The translations under genes were made by a program, and so were the position numbers. A stretch of DNA of 64,000 bases from Candidatus Eiseniibacteriota bacterium (GTDB lineage Bacteria > Eisenbacteria > RBG-16-71-46). Below, piece by piece: positions 44,998 to 56,701 of the stretch; position 1 is the stretch's first letter, and the number at the start of each line of letters is the position of its first letter. The notes under the pieces were generated by a model. The model saw nothing but the letters and a program-made list of their open reading frames with translations. It was not told the DNA's origin and ran no database searches. The stretch spans positions 192,001 through 256,000 of the forward strand of contig CAVSAC010000014.1 in NCBI GenBank assembly GCA_963725865.1, written 5' to 3'.

Positions 44998-46731
44998 ATG
45001 TTCCGCTCTCCCCCGTTCCGCTCGCGCGGGCGCCTGCTGGCGATCCTGCTCGCATTCCTGCTGTCCGGCTCCACCCCGGCCGCGGCGGCCGAGCGGTTGT
45101 TCCGATCGCCGCCCGGCCCGATGCCGTACGCGCCCGGCGAGGTGCTGGCGATCGCCGACCCCGCGAGCCTGACGGGCGACGGCGTGAAGTCGCCCCTGCG
45201 CGCGGCCACCGCGGCGGTCGCCGACGCGCTCGTCCGGCTCGGCCTGGACCGCATCGAGGCCGTGGGCGTGAGCCCGGTCGGGGCGCCGCGCGTGCTGCGC
45301 CTGCGCAGCGACCGCGCGGACTTCGATCCGCTCGCGGCCGCCCGCGAGCTGGCGGCGAGCGGGGCGTTCCGCGCCGTGTGCCCGAACTACCGCCTGCGGC
45401 TGAGCGTGATTCCGAACGACCCCGCGCTCGGCAGCCAGTGGTACGTGAACGACGGCGGCTTCGCGGACATCCGACTGCCCGGTGCGTGGGACGTCACCCA
45501 CGGCGACACCAGCGTGGTGATCGCGATCATGGACACCGGGATCGACACCGGGCACCCCGACCTCGCGAGCCGGATCTGGCACAACCTGGGCGAGATCCCC
45601 GGCAACGGCCTCGACGACGACCTCGACGGCTACGTCGACGACGTCGTGGGCTGGGACTTCGGGCGCAACGACGCCGATCCAAATCCCGAGTACACCTCGG
45701 ATCCCAGCGGGCTCGACGTCGGCTTCCACGGCACGTTTTGCGCCGGCATCGCCGCCGCCGCCACCAACAACGCCGAGGGCATCGCGGGCGCCGGCTGGAA
45801 CTGCCGCCTCATGCCGCTCAAGGTCTCGCACCCCGACAGTGGCATCACCAGCGAGGCGATCGCGGGCGCGTTCCTGTACGCGATCGCACAGCACGCGAGC
45901 GTGGTGTCGATGAGCTTCGGCGGTCCCGGCGACCCCGGGGTGCCCGAGTTCTTCCAGGCGCTGGTCGACCTCGCGACCGACGCGGGGGTGGTGTGCGTCG
46001 CGGCAGCGGGCAACGACGACACGAACGCGCCGTCCTATCCAGCGGCCTGCAACGACGTGCTGTCGGTCGGCGCCACCGACGAGGCGAATGCGCGCGCGTC
46101 GTTCTCGAACTGGGGACCGTCGGTGAAGGTGGGCGCGCCGGGTAGCGCGATGTGGTCGACGCTGTGCCGCAACTACACGTTCACCGACCTCGACCAGATC
46201 TTCTACATCTTCCTCTTCGGCTGGGACGGCGAGACTCCGTACATGGGCGGCGACGGCACCTCGTTCTCCTGCCCGCTCACGGCCGGCGTGTGCGGCCTGG
46301 TGCGCGCGCGCTTCCCGGCGCTCGGTCCGCGCGAGGTCGCGGCGCAGATCGTCCAGACCGGCGACGCGATTCCCTACGACCACCCGATCGGGCCGCGGGT
46401 GAACGCCCAGCGCGCGGTCACGACGCCGTACGCGGCGGTGGGCGCCGCGGCGCTGCCGTCGCGGCTGCTGCTCGGCGGGCCGTGGCCCGCGCCCGCGCGC
46501 CGCGGCGCGGACTGGACGCTCTCGCTCGCGCTGCCGCGCGCCGACGAGATCGCGCTCGAGCTGTTCGACGTGCGTGGCCGGCGCGTCGCGGCGCGGCCGG
46601 GCGAGGTGCTCGGGGCCGGCGTCCGCGGACTGAGCTGGGCGCCCCATCCGCCCGCGCCGGGCGTATACTTCCTGCGCGCGCACGCGCGCTCGGGCGGCGC
46701 GGTGACGTCACGCGTGGTGGTGCTCGACTGA
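44998..46731 (+). CDS. S8 subtilisin-like peptidase with C-terminal FlgD-Ig/T9SS-like domain
   Basis: Triad 'MDTG', 'HGT', 'GTSFS'; 'AAAGN'; C-terminus 'LFDVRGRRV...PGVYFLR'. Confidence 0.9.
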   Translation: MFRSPPFRSRGRLLAILLAFLLSGSTPAAAAERLFRSPPGPMPYAPGEVLAIADPASLTGDGVKSPLRAATAAVADALVRLGLDRIEAVGVSPVGAPRVLRLRSDRADFDPLAAARELAASGAFRAVCPNYRLRLSVIPNDPALGSQWYVNDGGFADIRLPGAWDVTHGDTSVVIAIMDTGIDTGHPDLASRIWHNLGEIPGNGLDDDLDGYVDDVVGWDFGRNDADPNPEYTSDPSGLDVGFHGTFCAGIAAAATNNAEGIAGAGWNCRLMPLKVSHPDSGITSEAIAGAFLYAIAQHASVVSMSFGGPGDPGVPEFFQALVDLATDAGVVCVAAAGNDDTNAPSYPAACNDVLSVGATDEANARASFSNWGPSVKVGAPGSAMWSTLCRNYTFTDLDQIFYIFLFGWDGETPYMGGDGTSFSCPLTAGVCGLVRARFPALGPREVAAQIVQTGDAIPYDHPIGPRVNAQRAVTTPYAAVGAAALPSRLLLGGPWPAPARRGADWTLSLALPRADEIALELFDVRGRRVAARPGEVLGAGVRGLSWAPHPPAPGVYFLRAHARSGGAVTSRVVVLD

Positions 46732-46736
46732 ACACC

Positions 46737-46777
46737 GGCGGGCGGCGACGCGTCGTCCGCGACGCGCGCCGCCCGCC
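46737..46777. terminator. Hairpin between convergent genes
   Basis: GGCGGGCGGCG(A)CGCGTCG / CGACGCGCGCCGCCCGCC. Confidence 0.55.
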
Positions 46778-49700
46778 TCACGAGGGGTTCGCCGCACGCA
46801 GGCGCGCCAGCGTCGCGCGCCCGGCCGCCGCCAGTGGATCGCGCCGGCCCGGACGTCGCTCCAGCGTCGGCAGCGCCGCCGCCAGCAGTGCCTGCGCCTC
46901 CGCGGCGCGGCCCGCGCGCGCGAGGCAGCAGCCGAGCGCCACGCGCGCCTCGGCCGCGCGCGGACTTCCGGCGCCGTAGACGCGCGCCTGCCCCGCGACC
47001 CCCGCGCGCAGCAGCGATTCGGCCCTGGCCGTCGCGCCCAGCGCGGCGAGCACCCGCCCCAGCCCCACCACGGCGTCGCCGCAGAGCACCGCCGGGTCGG
47101 CCTCGAACCGCGCGCGAGTCAGCGCGAGCGCCTCCTCGTAGCGTTGGCGGCTCTCGGGCAGGCGGCCCTCCTCGCGCAGCGTCCACGCCAGGCCGGTGAG
47201 CGCGCCGCTCAGCAGGGACGGATCCTCGGCGGCGGTGCCGCGGCGGATCTCGACCGCCCGGCGCACCAGCGTCTCGGCCTCCGCGAACCGCCCCTGCTCG
47301 GCACGCAGTTCGCCCAGCTCGAGCGCGGCGAAGCTGGTGCGCACGTGCAGCGGGCCGTAGCGGCGCGTCCAGCGCGCGAGCGCGTCCTCGAGCAGCGCCG
47401 CGGCCTCGGCGGGGCGCCCCTCCGCGCGCCGCGCCGCGGCCAGGTAGGTCATGCAGTGGAGCGTGCGGTCGTGGTCGGGTCCGAGCGTGGCACGCCACGC
47501 CGCGAGCGCCCGCGTGAGCAGCGAGTCCGCCTCGGCGGGGCGGTCGCGCCACAGTGCGAGTGCCCCCATATTGTTCACGACCAGCAGCGTGCGCGGATGA
47601 TCGGGCCCCAGCGCCTGGCGGTCGATGCGCAGCGCCTCGCGGTAGACCGACTCCGCCTGCGCGTAACGGTGTTCCGCGATCGAGAGTCCCGCGAGGTCCG
47701 CGAGCGAGGTCGCGACGTCGACGTGGTCGGGTCCCAGCCGCGCCCGCCGCACGTCGAGCGCGGCGCGGCGCAGCGATTCGGCCGCGGCGAACCGACCCTG
47801 GTAGCCGAGCGCGTCGGCGAGGTGTTCGAGCGACAGCGCGGTCGCGAGGTGATCCGGCCCGCGCCGGCGCGTCTGGATGGCGAGCGAGCGCTCGAACACA
47901 GCGGCCGCGTCGCGAAATCGGGTGCGGTCCGAGAGGAGAGTCCCGAGCCGGTCGAGGTCGCCGGCGACCACCACGTGGTCGGACCCCAGCGCGCGCTCGT
48001 CGAGCGCCAGCGCCTCGCGGTAGAGGCGCTCGGCCGCCGCGTCGCTCCCGCGCTCCTGGCGCAACCGGCCCAGCCAGCCGAGGGTGCGCGCGAGCGTGGT
48101 GTCGGGCGTGTCGCGCCGCCCGCGCTGGATCGCGAGTGCCGCGTCGAGTGCCGCCTCCGCCGCGTCGTAGCGGGCGCCCTCCACGCGCGCGCCGCCCAGG
48201 TCCACGAGGCTGGCGGCCGTCGCGGCACCGCGCGGTCCGTCGGCGCGCCGCCGCAGCGCGACCGCGCGCTCGAACATGTCCGCAGCGCGGTCGAACGAGC
48301 CGAGCTGCGCGTAGATGGTGCCGAGCGTCTGGTACATCTCGCCCTGCAGCGCCGGCTGGCCCGCGAGCTCCGTGGCCACGCGCTGCGCGCCGCGGTCCAG
48401 CAGCACGCGCGCGGTGAGCGTGTCGCCCCGCGCCTCGTTGGGATCGCTGGCGCGGAACAGGCTCGACAGGAACGCGCGCATCTCGCGCGCCTTGGCGGCC
48501 TCGGCGCGCGCGCGCTGCGCCTGCCACGACACCCCCACCAGCCCCGCGAGCAGCGCCAGCACGGCGAGCGTGCCGGCGGCGACCGCGAGCCGGTTCCGCC
48601 GCACGAACTTCCCGAGCCGGTAGCCGGTCGTGGAGCGGGCGGCGCGCACCGGGCGCCCGTCCAGGAGGCGGTCGATGTCCGCGAGCAGCGCCTCGACCGA
48701 GGGGTAGCGCGCCTCCGGTTCCTTGCGCAGCGCCTGCGCCACGATGGCATCGAGGTCGCCGCGCACCCCGTCGCGCCAGTCGGAACGCGACGGCCCGGCC
48801 GCCTGCCTCGCGAGCAGGCTGCTGGGCGCCGGCGGTTCCTGCTCGAGCACCGCCCGTTGCAGCTCGGTCATGTGCGTCAGCCCCGCGAACGGGCGCTGGC
48901 CGCACAGCAGCTCGAACAGCACCACGCCCAGCGCGTAGACGTCGGTCGCTGTGGTCGGCGGCTCGCCGCGCAGCTGCTCCGGGGCCGCGTAGTGCGGCGT
49001 GAGCCGGCGCTCCACGGTGAGCGTGGCGTCCAGCTCGGACTCGCTCGGATCGAGCAGCTTGGCGATCCCGAAGTCGAGCAGCTTCACCTGGCCGCGCTCG
49101 GAGACCACGATATTCGCGGGCTTGAGGTCGCGATGGATGACGAGCTGGGTGTGCGCGAAGCGAACCGCCTCGCAGACCTGACGGAACAGCCGCAGTACGG
49201 ACCGCAGCGGCAGCGGGTGCCGCTCGCACCACGCGGTGATCGGCTCGCCGTCGACGTACTCCATCGCGAAGTACGGCTGGCCGTCCGCGGCCAGCCCGCC
49301 GTCGATCAGCCGCGCGATGTTCGGGTGCTCGAGCCGCGCGAGGATGCGGCGCTCGCGCGTGAGGCGCGCGAGCAGCTCGCCGCGGTCGAACCCGGGTCGC
49401 ACGCGCTTGAGCGCCACCTGCTGCTCGTAGTCGCCCGCGGCGCGGGTCGCCAACAACACCGCGCCCATTCCGCCGCGCCCGATCTCGCGCACCACGCACC
49501 ACGGACCGATGTGGGTGCCGGGCGCCCATTCCAGCGCCTCCGCGCCCGCGGCGGCATCGAGCGCGGCCGCGCCCGCGGGTGTCAGCAGCTCGCGGTCGAG
49601 CTCGAGCGCCGGGCGGCCGAGGAATTCGCCGGCCGCGGTGTCGGCGGCCAGCAGGCCTTCGATCTCGGAGCGCAGCGCTGGTTCGCCGGCGCATTCGCGG

Positions 49701-49822
49701 TCGAGCAGCGCGCGCGCCTCCGCGGGCGGCAGCTCGAGCGCCCGTTCGAGCAGCGCGTCGATGCGCCGCCACCGCCCCGGATCGAGGTGCCGGAGCAGCG
49801 GCTCGCGTCCGGGATCGGTCAT
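46778..49822 (-). CDS. Membrane Ser/Thr protein kinase with extracytoplasmic TPR repeats
   Basis: 'GRGGMG', 'HRDLKPAN', 'DFGIAK', 'TPHYAAPEQ'; one TM helix; kinesin-like TPRs ('LGxDH'). Confidence 0.93.
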   Translation of the reverse strand: MTDPGREPLLRHLDPGRWRRIDALLERALELPPAEARALLDRECAGEPALRSEIEGLLAADTAAGEFLGRPALELDRELLTPAGAAALDAAAGAEALEWAPGTHIGPWCVVREIGRGGMGAVLLATRAAGDYEQQVALKRVRPGFDRGELLARLTRERRILARLEHPNIARLIDGGLAADGQPYFAMEYVDGEPITAWCERHPLPLRSVLRLFRQVCEAVRFAHTQLVIHRDLKPANIVVSERGQVKLLDFGIAKLLDPSESELDATLTVERRLTPHYAAPEQLRGEPPTTATDVYALGVVLFELLCGQRPFAGLTHMTELQRAVLEQEPPAPSSLLARQAAGPSRSDWRDGVRGDLDAIVAQALRKEPEARYPSVEALLADIDRLLDGRPVRAARSTTGYRLGKFVRRNRLAVAAGTLAVLALLAGLVGVSWQAQRARAEAAKAREMRAFLSSLFRASDPNEARGDTLTARVLLDRGAQRVATELAGQPALQGEMYQTLGTIYAQLGSFDRAADMFERAVALRRRADGPRGAATAASLVDLGGARVEGARYDAAEAALDAALAIQRGRRDTPDTTLARTLGWLGRLRQERGSDAAAERLYREALALDERALGSDHVVVAGDLDRLGTLLSDRTRFRDAAAVFERSLAIQTRRRGPDHLATALSLEHLADALGYQGRFAAAESLRRAALDVRRARLGPDHVDVATSLADLAGLSIAEHRYAQAESVYREALRIDRQALGPDHPRTLLVVNNMGALALWRDRPAEADSLLTRALAAWRATLGPDHDRTLHCMTYLAAARRAEGRPAEAAALLEDALARWTRRYGPLHVRTSFAALELGELRAEQGRFAEAETLVRRAVEIRRGTAAEDPSLLSGALTGLAWTLREEGRLPESRQRYEEALALTRARFEADPAVLCGDAVVGLGRVLAALGATARAESLLRAGVAGQARVYGAGSPRAAEARVALGCCLARAGRAAEAQALLAAALPTLERRPGRRDPLAAAGRATLARLRAANPS

Positions 49823-50379
49823 GCGAGCGGCTCCCCGGCAAGGCTCTGGTAGAGCAGCGCGCGGGCCTTGCGCCAGTCGCGCTTCACGGTGCGCGGATCC
49901 ACGTCGAGCACCTCCGCCGTCTCCTCCACCGACAGGCCACCGAAGAAGCGCAGCTCGACCACGCGGGTGAGGCGCTCGTCCACCTCCTTCAAACGCCGAA
50001 GCGCCTCGTCGAGGGACAGCACCAGCTCGGCCTGATCCTCGGCCGGGATCTCGGCGGCGTCGAGGTCGAGCCGGCGCAGGCCGCCGCCGCGCTTGAGCGC
50101 CCCGCGACGGCGGGCGCGGTCCACGAGGATCTGGCGCATCGCGAGCGCGGCGACCGCGAAGAAGTGACGGCGGTCGTTGAGCGCCAGCCCGGTCTGCTCG
50201 AACAGGCGCAGGTAGGCCTCGTGCACCAACTCGGTGGCGCTCAGCGTCGCGCCGCCGCCGAGCCGGCGCCGCGCGATCACGCGCAGCTCGCCGTAGATGA
50301 GCGGTAGCAGCTCCTCGAGCGCCTCCGAGCGCCCCTCGCGCAGGGCCACCAGCAGCCGCGTGATCTCGCCTGCGGACAT
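49819..50379 (-). CDS. ECF sigma factor, TIGR02999/ECF43-like
   Basis: 'IYGELRVIA', 'TLSATELVHEAYLRL', 'MRQILVD', 'VELRFFGGL', 'TVKRDW'; stop overlaps the kinase start. Confidence 0.92.
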   Translation of the reverse strand: MSAGEITRLLVALREGRSEALEELLPLIYGELRVIARRRLGGGATLSATELVHEAYLRLFEQTGLALNDRRHFFAVAALAMRQILVDRARRRGALKRGGGLRRLDLDAAEIPAEDQAELVLSLDEALRRLKEVDERLTRVVELRFFGGLSVEETAEVLDVDPRTVKRDWRKARALLYQSLAGEPLA

Positions 50380-50552
50380 CCGGGCTCCTCCGCCCTGGTG
50401 CGCTGCCAAGCCCGGCCGTCACCCGGCCGGCAGGACGGGCGATCGGGCGCGGGACGGTCGAGCCGCTTCGGTCTCCGATTCTGCGCAGTGTGGAAGTGAA
50501 AGACAACGATCGGATGCGCCTGAACCTCGGACCGCGGACCTCGGACCGGGGC

Positions 50553-50688
50553 TTGTCCCTGCCCGGTTCGAGACGTAGCATCCTATTCAGGACGTGGCTC
50601 CACCCCACGGAGATGCGAGCGCCTCTCATGCCGCGCTCGCCCGCGTCCCTAGCCCTGGCCGGGGCACTCGAAGTGGAAGGGGCACCCG
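50553..50688 (+). promoter_or_regulatory. Promoter + conserved 5' leader (copy B)
   Basis: TTGTCC-N17-TAGCAT, then a leader similar to copy A. Confidence 0.5.
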
Positions 50689-52935
50689 ATGCGCGTGCCT
50701 GCCCGAGTCGTCCGCACGACGATGATCCTCATCCTCACGGCGATCACGAGCGGCTGCGACCGAATGCACGGATCGCCGCTCGGCATCGCCAATCAGCCAC
50801 CCACCGTCTCGCTCACCGGATCCGTCGCCGGAGCCGACGGCTCGACGTACCTGCTGCGCTGGAGCGGCACCGATCCCGACGGTCGGGTCGACCACTACCT
50901 GCTCACGCAGGATCCGCGGCGAATCGGGATCGCCGCCGGCTGGGAGCGCGCCGGCGAGACGGCGCGCGTGATCGGGCTCGGGCGCGTGCAGCCGGAGCGT
51001 AACGAGGCGGGCGCGCGAGCGTTCGAGCCGGTGTTCTTCGCGGTGCGGGCGGTGGACGATCGCGGCGCGATCTCCGAGCCCGCGGTGCGGGCGTTCTTCG
51101 GCGAGAACGTGGCGCCGACGGTGCAGATCATCAGCCCGCGGCCGAGAGTGATTCTGGAGCCCGTCGTCTTGTTGCCACCGCGCTTTCACATCATGTGGCG
51201 AGGAACCGACCCCGACGGCGCCGTACCGTCGCACCTGGCGAAGTACAAGTTCCGGCTGTTCGAGCGCGGTGCGCCCGAGTATTCGCTGGCGCTCATGGAT
51301 CCGGACTCGCTGCGGCGCCTGGTCGCGCCCGCCTTCGCCGGCTGGGACTCCGTGCCGGGCGACACCATGCAGACGCTCGTCGACGGCCTGCTCGTGAACC
51401 GCTCGTACGTCTTCGTGCTGGTGGGATTCGACGAGGCGGGCGACTACTCGCCGGCGTTCTCGCTGAGCACCAACATCCTGCAAGTGAGCGTGGGCTCGGC
51501 GAGCACGCTCGGTCCGAGCATCACCTTGACCACGGGTGGCCTGACTGCGGGCTACCGTGCCTTGTACCATCCGGATACGACGGAGACCGTGGATTTCGCC
51601 GCCTCCAGCGGCGAGCCCGTGCGGGTGAGCTGGTCGGCGACCGCGCGGAGCGGGGCCACGGTGACGGCGTATCGCTGGGCGATCGACATCGTGGACGTGC
51701 TCGATCGATCGCCACGCCGCGGGCCGCGGGACATCTCCCACTGGAGTCGCTGGAGCGCTGCCGAGACCACGGCGGTCGTGGCCGCGGATTCGCACTCCGG
51801 CGCGAGCCGACGGCTCTTCGTCGAGGCGGTCGACTCGAACGATCTGCCGAGCCGCGCCTGCCTGCGCGTGAACTTCTCCCGCCCGCGGCTCGATCGCCCG
51901 CTGCTGATCGTGCTCGATACCCGGCTGGCGCCCGAGGTCATCGGCGCGGGCGGCGCGGTGAGCCTGCCGGCCAACTGGCCGATGGTGGCGGAGCTGGATT
52001 CGTTCCTGCTCGCGCGTGGCGGCGCTCCGATGATCGGCTACCCGGCCGGCGCCGTCAGCACGCCGGGGCTGTTCGCGGGCTACGACGCTGACGTCTTCCG
52101 CACCCGGCAACTGACGACGCTCGACAAGACGGTGCCGCTCGATCTGCTGCTGAGGTACCGCAACGTGGTGTGGATCACCGACGCGAACGTGGTCCAGGTC
52201 GTGCCGGTCGGAGGCGCCTACTCGCTCGTGTACATGAGTTCGCCCGGCCGGCAGAGCACGCTGGTGTCCTACGCCCGGGCGGGCGGTCGCGTATGGCTGG
52301 CAGGCGGTGGCGTGGCGTACGCGATGTCGCACTCGCTTTTCAACTCCGCCAACAATGACCAGATCGCATTCACCTACTCCGCTTCGACCGGCGAGCTGAT
52401 CGCGGGCCGGCCGATGTACGACCTCGCTCACTGGCGGAGCGAGTTCTCGACGTACACGGTCCCGAGCGCATCGGTCGCGCGGGTCGCGCCTTCAAGCGAC
52501 CGCCCGCGGCCGACCGGCTACACGCGACTGCCGGCGTCACTGACCGCGCGAATGCCGGGCAGCGACCCGCTCCCGCCGCTGCGCACGCTGGCGACGTTCT
52601 TCCCGGCCGACCGGCGCGAGACGTTCGAGTACCTGACCCAGCCGAACGACATCCTGGAGCGCAATCCGGGAGCCGGTCACGGCCACGGCGGGACCGTGTT
52701 GGACGTCCTCTACACCGTGCGTGGTGTCTACCCGCCGGATCGGGACCTGCCGTTCATGACCGTCTATCGCGGCGACGAGTGCGGGCAGGTGGTGTTCATG
52801 GGCGCCGATCTCTGGAGCCGGTCGCGACCGCAGCTGCTGCAGCTCGTCGATGCGGTGCTCATGGACCTGTGGCACCTGGAGAAGGTCGGCACGGGCAGGC
52901 CGGTGGCGGTCGCCGGCGGGCGCGGCGGGCGCTGA
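50689..52935 (+). CDS. Large uncharacterised lipoprotein, paralog B
   Basis: Lipobox ITSGC; many blocks identical to paralog A. Confidence 0.8.
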   Translation: MRVPARVVRTTMILILTAITSGCDRMHGSPLGIANQPPTVSLTGSVAGADGSTYLLRWSGTDPDGRVDHYLLTQDPRRIGIAAGWERAGETARVIGLGRVQPERNEAGARAFEPVFFAVRAVDDRGAISEPAVRAFFGENVAPTVQIISPRPRVILEPVVLLPPRFHIMWRGTDPDGAVPSHLAKYKFRLFERGAPEYSLALMDPDSLRRLVAPAFAGWDSVPGDTMQTLVDGLLVNRSYVFVLVGFDEAGDYSPAFSLSTNILQVSVGSASTLGPSITLTTGGLTAGYRALYHPDTTETVDFAASSGEPVRVSWSATARSGATVTAYRWAIDIVDVLDRSPRRGPRDISHWSRWSAAETTAVVAADSHSGASRRLFVEAVDSNDLPSRACLRVNFSRPRLDRPLLIVLDTRLAPEVIGAGGAVSLPANWPMVAELDSFLLARGGAPMIGYPAGAVSTPGLFAGYDADVFRTRQLTTLDKTVPLDLLLRYRNVVWITDANVVQVVPVGGAYSLVYMSSPGRQSTLVSYARAGGRVWLAGGGVAYAMSHSLFNSANNDQIAFTYSASTGELIAGRPMYDLAHWRSEFSTYTVPSASVARVAPSSDRPRPTGYTRLPASLTARMPGSDPLPPLRTLATFFPADRRETFEYLTQPNDILERNPGAGHGHGGTVLDVLYTVRGVYPPDRDLPFMTVYRGDECGQVVFMGADLWSRSRPQLLQLVDAVLMDLWHLEKVGTGRPVAVAGGRGGR

Positions 52936-53067
52936 TCGTAGCCGGGAGAATCGCGGGACACGCCCGTCCGGGCGGGGGGTAGCAGCCTTCACGGGCCGCA
53001 TCACCCATCGAGGCCGCTCCCCAGCCCGCCCGCGCGGTTCGGGCGTGCACGCTTGAAAGGACCCTCC

Positions 53068-53694
53068 ATGCGCCCTGGCGACTCCTTCCGCTTCGTTCCG
53101 CTGCTCGCGCTCGTCGTGCTCGCGACGCCCGCCGGCGCCCAGATCCCGGACCCCAATCTCTCGTCCGTCGATCCGGTGGTGGTCTTCTGCCCGGCCGGCG
53201 ACGACACGTTCCATGTGACCGTGCGCCGCATCGGCACTGGAGCCCCGGTCCGCTCCTCCGCCGTGGCGCTCACTCTCGACGCCTGCCTGGCCGTGAGCGT
53301 GTGCCCCACGACCGGCACCGAGAGCTACACCTACCAGCCTGCCACGCGCATCGCGAGCACGCTCGGCGACAACGCCGGGCTCGCGCTGCTGCCGGTGCGC
53401 GCCGGCGGCCTGTGCGCCGCGGGCAACGTCGACGTGTACGCGGACGGCGTGCTGCTCGCGACCCGCGCGCTCGCGTCGCCGGACCAGGATGGCAACGGCA
53501 TCGTCGACGGCCAGGACCTGGCCCTGCTGCAGCTCAAGCTCGGCAGCGCCGACCCGACCGGCGACCTCGACGGGGACGGCGTCGTGACCGGTGCCGACTT
53601 CGCGCGCCTCCAGTTCCACGCCGGCCACGCGTGCAACGGCGCGACGCCGGCGCAGCGCGACACGTGGGGACGGGTGAAGACGATCTACCGCTGA
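53068..53694 (+). CDS. Secreted protein with dockerin/EF-hand-like loops and C-terminal TWGxxKxxYR motif
   Basis: Signal peptide; 'DQDGNGIVDGQD', 'DLDGDGVVTGAD'; ends 'TWGRVKTIYR'. Confidence 0.75.
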   Translation: MRPGDSFRFVPLLALVVLATPAGAQIPDPNLSSVDPVVVFCPAGDDTFHVTVRRIGTGAPVRSSAVALTLDACLAVSVCPTTGTESYTYQPATRIASTLGDNAGLALLPVRAGGLCAAGNVDVYADGVLLATRALASPDQDGNGIVDGQDLALLQLKLGSADPTGDLDGDGVVTGADFARLQFHAGHACNGATPAQRDTWGRVKTIYR

Positions 53695-53824
53695 TCCGCG
53701 CCGGGGCGCCGCGTCCGTCGGCCGCTCCTCGGCGCTGGGCGCCCGGCCGGCGCGCGGATCGCGATTTGACGTAGGATGCCGCCCTCCGTTACCCGCACGA
53801 CCCGATCCCACGAAAGGACCCACG

Positions 53825-55149
<1,325 letters not shown>

Positions 55150-55153
<4 letters not shown>

Positions 55154-56682
55154 GCCCGTCCCGACTCGTGGTCGCAGGCCTCCCCGCGCTGGTGCTGCTC
55201 GCGATCGTGAGCGGCGCCGCGCACGCCGCGCCGCCCGCCGCGGCCGGCATGCACGCGCCCGTCCTGTTGCCGGTGCCGGCCGATCCGACCGTCTCGATCC
55301 GCATCGCGTTCGCCATCGGAGCGCAGGACGATCCCGCCGGCAAGGAGGGCCTCGCGAGCCTGACCGCCTCGTTGATGGCGGAGGGCGCGACGCGCAGCCA
55401 CAGCTACCCCGAGATCCTCCAGCTCCTGTACCCGATGGCCTCGTCGTACGGCGTGCGCGTCGACAAGGAGCTGACCACGTTCTCGGGCCGCGTGCACCGC
55501 GACAACCTCGACACCTACACCGCGCTCATGCTCGACGCCGTGCTGCACCCCGCGTTCGCGGAGGCGGACTTCCAGCGCGTCAAGCAGCAGACCCGCGACT
55601 TCATCGCGAAGACGCTGCGCTACACCTCGGACGAGGAGCTGGGCAAGCAGACGCTCTACGCCACCACGTTCGCGGGCACGCCGTACGCGCACCTCAACGC
55701 GGGCACCGTCGCGGGCCTCGACGCCATCACGCTCGACGACGTGCGGGGCTTTTACGCCTCGCACTTCACGCGCGGCACGCTGCGGCTCGCGGTCGGCGGC
55801 GGCTATGATCCTAAACTGGTCGCGCGACTCGAGGCGGCGCTCGCAGCACTCCCGGCGGGCGCGCCAGCCGCGGTGCCGGCACCGGCGCTGGCGCCGGCCA
55901 GCGGCCGGCCGGTCACGCTGGTGCAGAAGCCGGGCCCGGCGACCGCGATCTCGTTCGGACATCCGATCGACGTCCGGCGCGGCACCCGCGAGTTCTACGC
56001 GCTGTGGCTCGCGAACTCGTGGCTCGGCGAGCACCGCAACTCGTCCTCGCACCTCTACCAGGTGATCCGCGAGCAACGCGGGATGAACTACGGCGACTAC
56101 TCGTACGTCGAGATCTTCCCCAACGGCGGCCAGCGCACCATGCCGCCCACGAACGTGCCGCGCCGCCGGCAGCTCTTCGAGGTGTGGATCCGCCCGGTGC
56201 CGAACGCCCAGGCGGGGTTCGCGCTGCGGGCCGCCGTGCGCGAGGTCGAGAAGCTCGCGGCCAACGGACTCACGCAGGAGCAGTTCGAGCTGACGCGCGC
56301 GTTCCTCACCAAGTACTGCCTGCACTTCGCGCCGACCACCGACGACCGGCTGGGGTACGCGCTCGACGACGCGATCTACGGCGTGCCGTCGCCCGGGGAC
56401 CTGGCGATGTTCCGCTCGGTGGTGCCGACGCTCACGCTCACCGAGGTGAACGCGGCGGTGAAGAAGTACATCCGGCCGGCCGAGCTGCGCTTCGCGATCG
56501 TCAGCGAACAGGGCGACTCACTCGCCGACGAGTTGGCCGCCGGCACGCCGAGCCCGATGACGTACGGCACGCCGAAGCCGCAGACAGTGCTCGAGGAGGA
56601 CAAGATCATCGAGTCCTATCCGCTCGGCCTCACCCGGGACCGCATCGCCGTGGTGCCGGTGGACCGGATGTTCGAGAAGTAG
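55150..56682 (+). CDS. M16B peptidase, non-catalytic subunit
   Basis: ATGA overlap; lacks HxxEH; 'SHLYQVIREQRGMNYG'. Confidence 0.88.
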
Positions 56683-56701
56683 CCGAGCGCTCGAAGGGGG
56701 G

